32,000 nt of DNA, taken from the sequence record CM123845.1; one strand, written 5' to 3'. Within the stretch, counting starts at the first letter, position 1, and each line of letters starts with the position of its first letter. Below are positions 21,058 to 30,263 of this stretch, one piece after another. Position numbers and translations under genes: made by a program. A model generated the notes under the pieces. It worked only from the letters and a program-made list of their open reading frames with translations, was not told the DNA's origin and searched no databases.

Positions 21058-22684
21058 TACCCCCTATACTGTGCCACCATGCATATGCATGGTCCTCCAT
21101 ATTCCAAAGGTACGGAGGCAATTTGCCGAGTTCCTTCAATATACGTATCTCATCGCCTGAGTGCACTTACACCAATTCACCTGTGTTGGTTTGGGGTACG
21201 GTTATATGCATGGCACCATGCTCTTTCCTGGACATTGTATCTAGAGATATCGAGTTCCACAAACGATATCTCTACATCCCCATGTCGTCACATGGTGCAT
21301 ACTACCCATCAGCCCGCGGTGTTCACCGGGTGCCTTAGGGGCCGATTGACTCTACACCGTATACCGTACTGTAGAAACCCTGGAATTTTCGGCGATCCTG
21401 GTTTTCACAGGATATGTCGTTACTCATGTCAGCATTCTCACTTCTGAAATCTCCAGGAGTATTCACATACCCCCTTCATACAATATACAGAACGTTCTGC
21501 TACCCTTATAGTCTGTATGAATATACCATAATATGGTATACACAACTATAAGCCGCCGCGTCGGTACATATCTTGAGCTCCGTGACATTGTTGGCGCTTT
21601 CACGCATCGACCAGTGAGCTATTACGCTATCATCATAAGGTGGCTGCTTCCAAGCCTACTTCCTGGTTGTCAAAGCGTGAAAACTTCCTTTCCCACTCAG
21701 ATATGGTTTGGGAACCTTAGCGTTCGATCTGGGCTGTTTCCCTCTCGACACAGGACCTTTGCACCCTGTGTCTGTCTCCATCGCTGATGGTATGGGTATT
21801 TGGAGTTTTCCTGGAGACAGTCAAGCTTTGGGCCACCTGTCACCAAAAAGTGCTCTACCCCCCATACATCCTATGATGGGCTCTACCTCAATAGATTTCG
21901 CAGAAAACCAGCTATTTCCAGGTTCGATTGGCTTTTCACCCCTCGTCACATGTCATCTCCGTCTATTGCCACAGACGTGAGTGAGGTCCTCTGATCTAGG
22001 ATAGTAGATCTTCCACCGGCACATAACGAGATCACCTGGTTTCGGGTCAGATAGAGCGTACATTTCTATGTTGTGTGACAACTCGCGTTGACTAGGCCTC
22101 CACCTACTGGCTTAAGCGTGCACGCTCTATCTACTCGCTGACCCATTATGCAAAAGGTACGCCGTCACCCACTACACATAGCGGGCTTCGACTGCTTGTA
22201 GGCATACCGTTTCAGGATCTATTTCACTCCCCTCTCGGGGTACTTTTTCACCTTTCCCTCACGGTACTCTATACTATCGATCATATTGCAGTATTTAGGC
22301 TTAGAGGGTGGTCCCCCTATATTCCCACAAACTCGGATGTTCGTGGTACTCATATACTGTATACCACCGTTTGATGTATGAACAACGGGACTCTCACCCT
22401 CTTTGGTATAGGATTCCACCTATTTAGTCCATATGGTATGAACAATGTGTATACAGGGCCTATTTCGCGTTCGCTCACCACTACTAACGAAATCTCGGTT
22501 GATGTCTTTTCCTCCAGCTACTTAGATGTTTCAGTTGGCTGGGTGTCTTTGAATCAATGGAGTTTTCTCCAGGGAAATCCATGGGTCTCAGCATCATGAC
22601 AGCTCGCCATGGCGTTTCGTTGTCGAGTACGTCCCATGCAATATGTCAAGGCATCCACGATATGCCCTCTCATATGTGTCGTGG

Positions 22685-22757
22685 TAGCGAAAGAGGGACT
22701 TGAACCCCCAACCTGTGGATTATGACTCCAATGTTCTACCAATTGAACTATTCCGCC
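22685..22757 (-). tRNA. trnM: tRNA with a CAU anticodon (Met or Ile2), lying between rrn5 and rrnL
   Basis: The acceptor is GGCGGAA/TTTCGCT, the anticodon loop is GTCATAA, and the T arm is GGGGG-TTCAAGT-CCCTC. Length is 73 nt. The genomic sequence continues with CCA. Confidence 0.8.
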
Positions 22758-22761
22758 ATAC

Positions 22762-22880
22762 TTCAAAGGACTTTACCTACGTCTCCCGCGGGGTGCAGTA
22801 CATATAGTATAGAGTGGGGTCACATATCGAAGTCAGCTGGGTTCGGGTGTAGCACACTCTATCTCAGAAAATCCCTTGAA
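22762..22880 (-). rRNA. rrn5: 5S rRNA
   Basis: On the minus strand, a 12-bp terminal helix forms between TTCAAGGGATTT and AAGTCCTTTGAA. An internal helix pairs ATAGAGTG with CACTCTAT. Blocks ACACCCGAACCCA, GACTTCGATATGTG, ATATGTACTG, CGGGAGAC and AAAGTCC match the plant-type mitochondrial 5S rRNA as I recall it. Confidence 0.75.
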
Positions 22881-22898
22881 CATACTATAGAAAATGTA

Positions 22899-22908
22899 TC
22901 TCTATAGA
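22899..22908 (-). promoter_or_regulatory. TCTATAGAGA motif in minus sense, 18 nt upstream of the predicted 5S 5' end
   Basis: The plus strand reads TCTCTATAGA, the same 10-mer as at 761..770. This is the best-placed promoter candidate, for an rrn5-trnM-rrnL unit. Confidence 0.4.
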
Positions 22909-22953
22909 CAATGCTATACGTCTACAACAAGCATAGCATCTCTGTTGATAGTA

Positions 22954-23181
<228 letters not shown>

Positions 23182-23240
23182 CTATATATACTATCTTTGA
23201 GTCTAAATCAGGGCATCGACCATAGGTCTATATGGTCTTG

Positions 23241-23312
23241 TATCCCCTACGGGGTTTGAACCCGTGTTCCTGCCTTGAAAAGGCAGTGTCCTAACCACTA
23301 GACGAAGGGGAC
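23241..23312 (-). tRNA. trnE: tRNA-Glu (UUC)
   Basis: GTCCCCTTCGTCTAGTGGTTAGGACACTGCCTTTTCAAGGCAG... closely resembles bacterial tRNA-Glu. The anticodon loop is TTTTCAA. Length is 72 nt. Confidence 0.88.
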
Positions 23313-23356
23313 ATGTTATGTGGAGAGACTGGACTAGAGATCTGGTGTGCATCTCA

Positions 23357-23363
23357 TATAGAG
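23357..23363 (+). promoter_or_regulatory. TATAGAG motif in plus sense, 44 nt upstream of rpl5
   Basis: Lies in the divergent spacer between trnE (-) and rpl5 (+). Confidence 0.3.
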
Positions 23364-23406
23364 CGACATAGCATCTCTCATATTTGTATCCAAAAAAACA
23401 TCAAGG

Positions 23407-23940
23407 ATGACATCGGCAACATATTATACAACTATTGTGGCACAGGATATGATGTATAAAGGATATACATATACCCCTCATACAACACCCTATCCGCAAA
23501 GTATTCATGTACATACAACACCAGGAACTCAAGTAGACCATGTTGTAGCAAGTGGTGCCCTGGTGACATCTATTACTGGTCAATGTCCTCAATGGACCCG
23601 AGCTCATACTGCAATGGCAGGATTTCGACTTCGCCAAGACCAAGTATTAGGATGCCGTGTTACATTACGTCATGACATGATGTGGAATTTTATGCATAAA
23701 GTAATCCATATGGCTTGGACTCGACATCGAGATTACCAAGGTCTCTCTGTGACATCTATGAATACTCTCGGTCATTGGAGCATTGGATGTCATGATGTTT
23801 TTATGTACCCTGAAGTGGAATATTTATGGGAATATATTCCTGGTGTTCAAGGCCTTGATATGAGTTTTGTATGTTCTCCCACGTCTCCCACATTGGCAGC
23901 ATGTTTGTGGAGTGGACTTGCCATTCCTGTAAAAATGTAA
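23407..23940 (+). CDS. rpl5: Ribosomal protein L5
   Basis: GFRLRQDQVLGCRVTLRHDMMWNFMHKVIHMAWTRHRDYQGLSVTSMNTLGHWSIGCHDVFMYPEVEY matches the L5 core by eye. Confidence 0.8.
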   Translation: MTSATYYTTIVAQDMMYKGYTYTPHTTPYPQSIHVHTTPGTQVDHVVASGALVTSITGQCPQWTRAHTAMAGFRLRQDQVLGCRVTLRHDMMWNFMHKVIHMAWTRHRDYQGLSVTSMNTLGHWSIGCHDVFMYPEVEYLWEYIPGVQGLDMSFVCSPTSPTLAACLWSGLAIPVKM

Positions 23941-23947
23941 TATATCC

Positions 23948-24487
23948 ATGGCACGTACAACATCAACATATACCCTATGTTTACCATCCCACGTGACATT
24001 TCAAAGTCATCATGGTGGTTGGACATTTCATGGGCCATTGGGGTCTCTAACCCTAGACATTGCTCATATGGATCCCCATGGTTCTATTGCATGGCACTAT
24101 ACAGAACATGCTCTAACAATTAGTGGCACAACACCAGCCCTGGTAGGTTTATGGCGTGGACGTCTTGCAAGTATTATCCATGGTATTACTCGTGGCCATA
24201 GTGTTATGCTCTATCTTCGAGGTATTGGATATCGAGCTCAAGTTCGTGATGAGTATATCTATCTTAAAGTAGGAACCAGTCATGATATTATGTATCGTCT
24301 TCCTCAAGGTATTCGTGTGTATACACCCGATCCCACATGTATTGTCCTGTTTGGTGTTGATCGCGGCCAAATCACACAAATTGCAGCGTCATTAACCCAT
24401 CTTCGACCTCCGTCAGCCTATCAATCTAAAGGTATTTACTATGCTCATGGTGTACACTACCGCCGTAAAACAGGCAAACGAAAATAA
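23948..24487 (+). CDS. rpl6: Ribosomal protein L6
   Basis: GIGYRAQVRDEYIYLKVGTSHDIMYRLPQGIRV...FGVDRGQITQIAASLTHLRPPSAYQSKGIYYAHGVHYRRKTGK matches L6. Confidence 0.85.
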   Translation: MARTTSTYTLCLPSHVTFQSHHGGWTFHGPLGSLTLDIAHMDPHGSIAWHYTEHALTISGTTPALVGLWRGRLASIIHGITRGHSVMLYLRGIGYRAQVRDEYIYLKVGTSHDIMYRLPQGIRVYTPDPTCIVLFGVDRGQITQIAASLTHLRPPSAYQSKGIYYAHGVHYRRKTGKRK

Positions 24488-24496
24488 TTGATTTGT

Positions 24497-24865
24497 ATGG
24501 CATATCTTTTTCAACGATATGTATCTCCATCTGTTTTGGTCACACAAGCTCTTCAAGATATTCCTGGGATTGGTATGTATCAAGCATCTCAAATCTGTGA
24601 TGAAATGGGGTTTTCAACACAAATGCGAGTATGTGAAATTTCCCAACATGATTGGGAACACATGCAACAACTTGTATCCACCTACTATCATACAGGTCAA
24701 GACACATATCGACGTCGCGTACAAGCGATTCGTCGTCTTATTGCTATAGGAACGTACCGTGGATTTCGTCATGTTGCTCATCTTCCAGTTCGAGGACAAC
24801 GAACTCATACGAATGCACGAAGTCGACGACGTAGTCCACGTGTGACAGCAACGTCACGTACATAA
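24497..24865 (+). CDS. rps13: Ribosomal protein S13
   Basis: QALQDIPGIGMYQASQIC and the C-terminal YRGFRHVAHLPVRGQRTHTNARSRR are present. The ATG at 24497 is preferred over the TTG at 24488. Confidence 0.88.
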   Translation: MAYLFQRYVSPSVLVTQALQDIPGIGMYQASQICDEMGFSTQMRVCEISQHDWEHMQQLVSTYYHTGQDTYRRRVQAIRRLIAIGTYRGFRHVAHLPVRGQRTHTNARSRRRSPRVTATSRT

Positions 24866-24901
24866 GGATGGAACACGCTTCAGTGTTCTATACTGTACTT
24901 G

Positions 24902-24915
24902 TAGTCTATAGACTA
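24902..24915. promoter_or_regulatory. A 14-bp perfect palindrome TAGTCTATAGACTA containing TCTATAGA
   Basis: Lies in the 173-nt rps13-rps11 spacer. Confidence 0.25.
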
Positions 24916-24925
24916 GTCAACACAT

Positions 24926-24955
24926 TTTTAAATCTTATATTTTTAAATCTTATAT
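24926..24955. repeat. Tandem repeat of a 15-bp unit, 2 copies (TTTTAAATCTTATAT)
   Basis: Identical units at 24926..24940 and 24941..24955, followed by ATATA. Confidence 0.9.
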
Positions 24956-25038
24956 ATATATTTGATATGTATATTCTGTGTATACGTGTATACTACACAT
25001 AGATATCAGAGCTATAATTAAAAATAGACATAATATTT

Positions 25039-25416
25039 ATGTACCAATCAGACAAATTTGCGCGGCCAGCTCGAGCACCTGGTATTATGACTATTCAGTC
25101 AACAAGTAATAATACTATAGTGACACTTGCTGATACCTCTGGTCATACACTCGCATGGACAAGTGCAGGTAGCTTGGGGTTTCGTCATAGTCGAAAATCC
25201 ACCACATATGGTGCTCAAGCAGTGGGTGAATATATGGCAACAGTCGCCCTTGGTATGGGTATTCGTCGTGTGTATGTTCGCGTCAAAGGTCTTGGCTATG
25301 GAAAAGATAGTTGTGTTCGTGCTCTTGCACAATCGGGTATGGAGATTCTTCGTATTCACGATACAACACCAATTGCCCATAATGGCTGCCGAGTTCCTCG
25401 ACGTCGACGAACATAA
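25039..25416 (+). CDS. rps11: Ribosomal protein S11
   Basis: IQSTSNNTIVTLADTSGHTLAWTSAGSLGFRHSRKSTTYGAQAV...VRVKGLGYGKDSCVRALAQSGMEILRIHDTTPIAHNGCRVPRRRR matches S11. Confidence 0.92.
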   Translation: MYQSDKFARPARAPGIMTIQSTSNNTIVTLADTSGHTLAWTSAGSLGFRHSRKSTTYGAQAVGEYMATVALGMGIRRVYVRVKGLGYGKDSCVRALAQSGMEILRIHDTTPIAHNGCRVPRRRRT

Positions 25417-25465
25417 TCCACAGAACAGTGTTTACGGGAGATATACGACACACGCTTTATTAACA

Positions 25466-25485
25466 ATATAAACAATATAATCTCT
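25466..25485. repeat. Dispersed exact 20-mer ATATAAACAATATAATCTCT, copy 2
   Basis: Identical to 16419..16438. It lies at the convergent junction of rps11 (+) and trnP (-). It is preceded by a 9-bp tandem AACAATATA x2 at 25462..25479. Confidence 0.9.
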
Positions 25486-25558
25486 CAGGGTGGCAGGATT
25501 TGAACCTACGACCTCCTGTTCCCAAAACAGGCGCGCTACCAAACTGCGCTACACCCTG
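25485..25558 (-). tRNA. trnP: tRNA-Pro (UGG)
   Basis: The acceptor is CAGGGTG/CACCCTG and the anticodon loop is TTTGGGA. Length is 74 nt. Confidence 0.88.
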
Positions 25559-25616
25559 CTTATGATATAGATCAACGCTTGACGTTGCGCATGTGTATGG
25601 TAATCACAGCTATACA

Positions 25617-25687
25617 AGCGGGTAATGGGAATCGAACCCATATCAGCTGCTTGGAAGGCAGACAATTTACCATTAATCCATACCCGC
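25617..25687 (-). tRNA. trnG: tRNA-Gly (UCC)
   Basis: The acceptor is GCGGGTA/TACCCGC, the anticodon loop is CTTCCAA, and the T arm is ATGGG-TTCGATT-CCCAT. Length is 71 nt. Confidence 0.85.
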
Positions 25688-25763
25688 ATACCAGAGTCGA
25701 GAGATCAACTATGATAAGAACATCGTGTCGTATCATGATGTGTTGATATTGCCGACAATCATG

Positions 25764-25837
25764 GGCGAATAACGGGATTTGAACCCGTGTTTTCAGAGTC
25801 ACAGTCTGACACTTTGACCGACTAAGTTATATTCACC
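25764..25837 (-). tRNA. trnH: tRNA-His (GUG) with a genome-encoded G-1
   Basis: The acceptor is GTGAATA/TATTCGC and the anticodon loop is CTGTGAC. An extra 5' G lies opposite the discriminator C. Confidence 0.85.
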
Positions 25838-25849
25838 CTAGATATAGCG

Positions 25850-26161
25850 TTACCAACTCGCTTTATAGACACCTGGAAGACGTCCTTGAGCAGCAAGACG
25901 TCGAAATACAAGTCGAGACACACGATATCGACGTAACACACCACGACTTCGACCAGAGACAATGCATCGACGATGAGTACGTGTGAGTGATGTACTTCGT
26001 GCTATATCATGAAGAGCTTGCATGACGCAACTTCGTTGATGTGGGTTGAGATGTTGATCGTGATATAACGCCATAAGAGCACGTCGGCGAATTTCATACT
26101 CTTTATACAAGCGTCGACGAGCAAGATCACGATTCATACAAGCGGAACGAGTACGAGACAT
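25850..26161 (-). CDS. rps14: Ribosomal protein S14
   Basis: ...RRCIVSGRSRGVLRRYRVSRLVFRRLAAQGRLPGVYKASW is the typical S14 C-terminus. The start is taken as the ATG at 26161. Confidence 0.9.
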   Translation of the reverse strand: MSRTRSACMNRDLARRRLYKEYEIRRRALMALYHDQHLNPHQRSCVMQALHDIARSTSLTRTHRRCIVSGRSRGVLRRYRVSRLVFRRLAAQGRLPGVYKASW

Positions 26162-26208
26162 ACAACACGTTGTGTTTTTAAACAAGAGACACATATAGAA
26201 ACTATATC

Positions 26209-26280
26209 AGCGGAAAAAGGGATTTGAACCCTCGACCTCGGCCTTGGCAAGGCAGCGCTCTACCACTGAGCTATTTCCGC
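26209..26280 (-). tRNA. trnG: tRNA-Gly (GCC)
   Basis: The acceptor is GCGGAAA/TTTCCGC and the anticodon loop is TTGCCAA. Length is 72 nt. Its 5' 10 nt overlap the end of rps2. Confidence 0.85.
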
Positions 26281-26951
26281 GAACACATACCAAGTAATAG
26301 CACAAGAGTGTGATAGATTTGAGAGACATGTCCCATAGATACAGGAATTGGATAGTGAATATGTGTACATGGTGTATCTGATTCAACAAAACCAATCACG
26401 GGAATATGCATTCGTGCTGCCTCGTCCACAATATAGGGTGTACCTCCTGGATTCAGAAGAATAAGAATATCTGGTCGAGGTGATGGAACACCCTGTGATG
26501 AAATAAGACCTTGAAAATGACGACGAACACGACGGTATCGAGGAAACTCAAGAAGATCTTGAGATAATCGTGTGGAACAACGATGTTCAAACATACCATA
26601 GGATAATACCGAACGAGACACACTCGACCAGTTTGTCAGGGTACCGGGAGTCCATGCATGACTACTATAACTGACAGACTCACGATGCATGTGAGAGAGT
26701 CCTTGAACCACAAAAGCACACTGAGGTGATGTATTCACAACCCAGACGTGACCACCTTGTTGAATAATATCATACAGCACACGAGCTGCACGTAGAACAC
26801 CACGACGATATTGAGGTGATGTAGACACCACCATACCATCCCGTTCACCGTATACCAGGGATGTGGTGCTAGGATGCCATCCACGATGTCGAGCAATATC
26901 TTGTCGAGAGTGTTGCCATACACTACTTGGTAACCATGTCCAATGTGTCAT
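26271..26951 (-). CDS. rps2: Ribosomal protein S2
   Basis: QQGGHVWVVNTSPQ, WTPGTLTNW and PDILILLNPGGTPYIVDEAARMHIPVIGFVESDT match the S2 core. Confidence 0.85.
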   Translation of the reverse strand: MTHWTWLPSSVWQHSRQDIARHRGWHPSTTSLVYGERDGMVVSTSPQYRRGVLRAARVLYDIIQQGGHVWVVNTSPQCAFVVQGLSHMHRESVSYSSHAWTPGTLTNWSSVSRSVLSYGMFEHRCSTRLSQDLLEFPRYRRVRRHFQGLISSQGVPSPRPDILILLNPGGTPYIVDEAARMHIPVIGFVESDTPCTHIHYPIPVSMGHVSQIYHTLVLLLGMCSRK

Positions 26952-27072
26952 AAAAAGGTGTTTTTAGAAATCCAGTAGACACTCTCTTGTACATATATGC
27001 TGGAGTACGTATCATGTGTTATATACATACTAGAGAGAGTATCATGAGAGATCGTCTCAAAGAGAGGTGTTG

Positions 27073-27146
27073 GAGCGGAGGTAGGACTCGAACCTACAAT
27101 CTTCAGATTATGAGCCTGACGAGACAACCATTTTCTCTTCTCCGCC
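27073..27146 (-). tRNA. trnM: tRNA with a CAU anticodon. The anticodon and T arms are initiator-like; identity is not settled.
   Basis: The acceptor is GGCGGAG/CTCCGCT. The anticodon arm is TCAGG-CTCATAA-TCTGA and the T arm is GTAGG-TTCGAGT-CCTAC. Length is 74 nt. Confidence 0.8.
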
Positions 27147-27152
27147 ATCCTG

Positions 27153-27225
27153 TGGGTATGGGGGGACTTGAACCCACGACCATCAGGTTAAAAGCCCGGT
27201 GCTCTACCAACTGAGCTACATACCC
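27153..27225 (-). tRNA. trnK: tRNA-Lys (UUU)
   Basis: The acceptor is GGGTATG/CATACCC and the anticodon loop is CTTTTAA. Length is 73 nt. Confidence 0.85.
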
Positions 27226-27292
27226 ATACTCGTGTGTCTATTGACATGGTGTCGACATAGATACACAACCAGGCATGTTTCTAGGGCATTCT

Positions 27293-27646
27293 TTAGGACC
27301 AATCAAGTGCCCCTTTACGCCATTCATAGACAAAGCCCACTGTGAGCACACCAAGGAATACCATCATGGATGTAAAACCAACGCCACCAATTTCTCCAAG
27401 AACCACTGTCCATGGAAAAAGAAATGTGACTTCAAGATCAAAAATAATAAATAAAATGGCCACAAGATAAAATTGAACATCAAATTGACCACGTGAATCA
27501 TCAAAGGGATCAAACCCACATTCATATGCGGAAATTTTTTCCGCATCAGGTCGTTGTGTACTAAAAATATAGGATACACCTGCTAACACACTCGCCAATG
27601 CTGTGGCAATGGCAAAATATAGAAAAATACCTAGAAATTCTTGCAT
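27293..27646 (-). CDS. nad3: NADH dehydrogenase subunit 3
   Basis: YECGFDPFDDSRGQFDVQFYLVAILFIIFDLEVTFLFPW is the ND3 signature. Confidence 0.95.
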   Translation of the reverse strand: MQEFLGIFLYFAIATALASVLAGVSYIFSTQRPDAEKISAYECGFDPFDDSRGQFDVQFYLVAILFIIFDLEVTFLFPWTVVLGEIGGVGFTSMMVFLGVLTVGFVYEWRKGALDWS

Positions 27647-27664
27647 ATATAGTTTCTATTTCAT

Positions 27665-27738
27665 CGAGGACAACGGGGCTCGAACCCGCGACCTTTGGCG
27701 TGACAGGCCAATACTCTGACCAACTAAGCTATGTCCTC
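27665..27738 (-). tRNA. trnD: tRNA-Asp (GUC)
   Basis: The acceptor is GAGGACA/TGTCCTC and the anticodon loop is CTGTCAC. Length is 74 nt. Confidence 0.88.
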
Positions 27739-27740
27739 TG

Positions 27741-27765
27741 ATGTATTCTTACAATAAGAATACAT
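27741..27765 (-). terminator. Perfect hairpin (11-bp stem, 3-nt loop) between cob and trnD
   Basis: The sequence is ATGTATTCTTA-CAA-TAAGAATACAT. It sits 2 nt from the trnD 5' end and 78 nt past the cob stop. Its role in 3' end formation or processing is inferred only. Confidence 0.3.
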
Positions 27766-27843
27766 GTGCACGTCTAGATACATAGATACAATACATTCAT
27801 TGACATGTGTATCAATGGACTATTGTACATAGACCATGTGTTT

Positions 27844-29028
27844 TTACTGAACCGTGGTTGTGTTTGATGTATTAGATGTATTATAGGTGAGTAGTGCATG
27901 TTCTACACGGCCTAAAAGTGGAATACATACTAAAAAGTAGATAAAGAAATACACACTTCCTAGTTGTCCTAGGGTAATATAGGGATCTTCTACCGGTTGT
28001 TGTCCCAGCCAACTGAGCATCACAACATCAGCCACTAAAAGCCAGTAGAGACGTTTATAGAGTGGACGAAAGTTGCTGCTACGAATTGGTGAGGTATTCA
28101 TAAATGGTAAAAGAAGGAGTGAAATAAACACCAGAGCAATGGCTGCAACACCACCTAATTTATTGGGAATACTACGTAAAATAGCATAGACCCATAAGAA
28201 ATACCATTCTGGTACAATATGAGCAGGTGTTGACATAGGATTGGCTGGAATATAATTATCGGGATGTCCTAATGTATTTGGGTAAAAATACACAAAGACA
28301 GAAAACACCATGGCAAAAACCACCCATGCTACAAGATCTTTGACATAGAAATAGGGATACAGACTGAGTTTATCCACAGCACTATTTGTACCAAGTGGAT
28401 TATTTGATCCATATTGATGAAGTGCTGCAAGATGGACCACACTCGCTCCAGCAATAATAAAGGGTAATAAATAGTGAAGACTAAAAAATCGATTTAATGT
28501 GGCATTATCAATGGAAAATCCACCCCATAACCATGTCACAATACTATCACCAACCACAGGAATCGCACTTGCAAGACTGGTAATCACTGTGGCTCCCCAA
28601 AAACTCATTTGCCCCCATGGAAGGACGTATCCAATAAAGGCGGTAATAATCATGAGTAATAAAATAACAACACCAATACACCATAATAATTCACGTGGTT
28701 GAGCATAGCTTCCATAGTAGAGACCACGAAACATATGTAAATAGACCACAATAAAAAACATACTGGCGCCATTGGCATGCATATAGCGTAAAAACCATCC
28801 GCCTTCCACATCACGCATAATGTGTTCGACACTTGCAAAAGCAAGATCCACGTGGGGCGTATAGTGCATGGCAAGAAAAATACCTGTAGCAATTTGTACC
28901 ACAAGGCAAATACCAGCAATGCTTCCAAAACTCCAAAAATAATTTAAATTACTTGGAGATGGATAGTCTGATACATGATCGTTGACAATGGATAAAAGCG
29001 GTTGTTTCATCATAGATACGCGCTTCAT
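27844..29028 (-). CDS. cob: Apocytochrome b
   Basis: ...[29 protein letters not shown]...[21 protein letters not shown]...[22 protein letters not shown] is conserved. The first ATG is at 29028; alternatives are 29013 and 29010. The track's TTG start at 29052 abuts trnN. Confidence 0.93.
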   Translation of the reverse strand: MKRVSMMKQPLLSIVNDHVSDYPSPSNLNYFWSFGSIAGICLVVQIATGIFLAMHYTPHVDLAFASVEHIMRDVEGGWFLRYMHANGASMFFIVVYLHMFRGLYYGSYAQPRELLWCIGVVILLLMIITAFIGYVLPWGQMSFWGATVITSLASAIPVVGDSIVTWLWGGFSIDNATLNRFFSLHYLLPFIIAGASVVHLAALHQYGSNNPLGTNSAVDKLSLYPYFYVKDLVAWVVFAMVFSVFVYFYPNTLGHPDNYIPANPMSTPAHIVPEWYFLWVYAILRSIPNKLGGVAAIALVFISLLLLPFMNTSPIRSSNFRPLYKRLYWLLVADVVMLSWLGQQPVEDPYITLGQLGSVYFFIYFLVCIPLLGRVEHALLTYNTSNTSNTTTVQ

Positions 29029-29056
29029 AGAGAGATTGATATGTTTTCTCAAGGGT

Positions 29057-29128
29057 CTCCCCAGGCTGGATTTGAACCAGCGACCATATGGTTAACAGCC
29101 ACATGCTCTGCCACTGAGCTACTGGAGA
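29057..29128 (-). tRNA. trnN: tRNA-Asn (GUU)
   Basis: TCTCCAGTAGCTCAGTGGCAGAGC... with anticodon loop CTGTTAA. The acceptor is TCTCCAG/CTGGGGA. Length is 72 nt. Confidence 0.88.
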
Positions 29129-29292
29129 TATACCCTGCAATATACTCATATGTAACATGCGTGATACACATGAGTTGACACAGCGGGATTGATCTCTATG
29201 TGTTTTGGGTCGATTCTCGTAGACACACCACCACACAATACACAAGAGAGGCGAGAAATATGGAGCATTTCTGGGTGAGAATGTCCTGTGTT

Positions 29293-29319
29293 TCTCTATA
29301 TGATAGACATGAATAGAGA
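29293..29319. promoter_or_regulatory. Back-to-back motif pair: TATAGAGA in minus sense (29293..29300) and ATAGAGA in plus sense (29313..29319)
   Basis: Lies in the divergent spacer between trnN-cob (-) and atp6 (+). Each copy faces its own gene block. Confidence 0.4.
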
Positions 29320-29411
29320 GACGTATTTCAGCCATTTGTCACGGTTTGATCTATGGTCATGGGATACTGGCCATACTCGAGTATCAAATCAAAAAACATC
29401 GTATAGTCCAT

Positions 29412-30161
29412 ATGATTTCAACACCACTTGAACAATTTACCATTGTAAGTCTTATTCCACTTCACCTGGGACATTACTATCTTAACTTTACCAACAGTAG
29501 TTTGTATATGCTATTGGCAACAGGTCTGGTGTCGACACTGCTCTATGCTGTAACACGTCAAGGAGGTTTTGTGGTACCAGGTCGTTGGCAGAGTCTTGTG
29601 GAAATGATCTATGAATTTGTTGTCGGTCTTGTATCCGAACAAATTGGTACTGTGGGGCGTCGATATTTTCCACTGATTTTTACAACGTTTTTATTTTTAC
29701 TCAGTACGAATTTAATTGGTATGATTCCCTATAGTTTTACAGCAACCAGTCATATGGTTGTGACTTTTGGTTTATCTCTAAGTTTATTTGTAGGTGTCAC
29801 ATTGATTGGATTTCAAACCCATGGACTCCACTTTTTAAGCTTTCTCCTCCCCAAGGGAGCCCCTTTAGCCCTGGCTCCACTTCTTGTGGTATTAGAACTG
29901 GTGAGTTATAGTTTTCGTGCTGTAAGTCTTGGTGTTCGACTATTTGCCAATATGATGGCTGGACATACACTGGTGAAAATTCTCAGTGGATTTGCATGGA
30001 CCATGTTGAGTGTTGGTGGTATTCTGGCTGTTGCAAGTGTGGTACCATTTGGCGTTGTTCTAGCCTTAACTGGTTTAGAAATTGGTGTGGCATGTCTTCA
30101 AGCATATGTGTTTACCATTCTTTTATGTATTTATCTCAATGATGCTATTAACCTTCACTAA
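29412..30161 (+). CDS. atp6: ATP synthase F0 subunit a
   Basis: MISTPLEQFTIV... is a typical ATP6 start, and ...SLGVRLFANMMAGHTLVKIL... is conserved. The track's TTG start at 29346 was discarded. Confidence 0.93.
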   Translation: MISTPLEQFTIVSLIPLHLGHYYLNFTNSSLYMLLATGLVSTLLYAVTRQGGFVVPGRWQSLVEMIYEFVVGLVSEQIGTVGRRYFPLIFTTFLFLLSTNLIGMIPYSFTATSHMVVTFGLSLSLFVGVTLIGFQTHGLHFLSFLLPKGAPLALAPLLVVLELVSYSFRAVSLGVRLFANMMAGHTLVKILSGFAWTMLSVGGILAVASVVPFGVVLALTGLEIGVACLQAYVFTILLCIYLNDAINLH

Positions 30162-30180
30162 GTCCTAGGGACATAGTGCA

Positions 30181-30252
30181 TGGGGTGTAGCCAAGTGGTA
30201 AGGCATCGGAATTTGGATCCGACAGGCAAAGGTTCGAATCCTTTCACCCCAG
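30181..30252 (+). tRNA. trnQ: tRNA-Gln (UUG)
   Basis: The acceptor is TGGGGTG/CACCCCA and the anticodon loop is ATTTGGA. Length is 72 nt. Confidence 0.85.
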
Positions 30253-30263
30253 TGTTTCATGGT

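Noticed and set aside
22554-22907. ORFs at 22554..22766 (-) and 22722..22907 (+)
   Set aside because: They cover the rrnL 5' end, trnM(CAU) and the 5S rRNA gene. The RNA genes explain the sequence.
24926-25479. Tandem and short repeats considered as a possible CRISPR-like array or minisatellite locus
   Set aside because: There are only two copies each of 15-bp and 9-bp units, with no spacer-repeat periodicity. This is an organellar context without cas genes.
28949-29335. A 128-aa minus-strand ORF spanning the cob start and the cob-atp6 spacer
   Set aside because: It runs straight through tRNA-Asn (29057..29128) and has no recognisable similarity.
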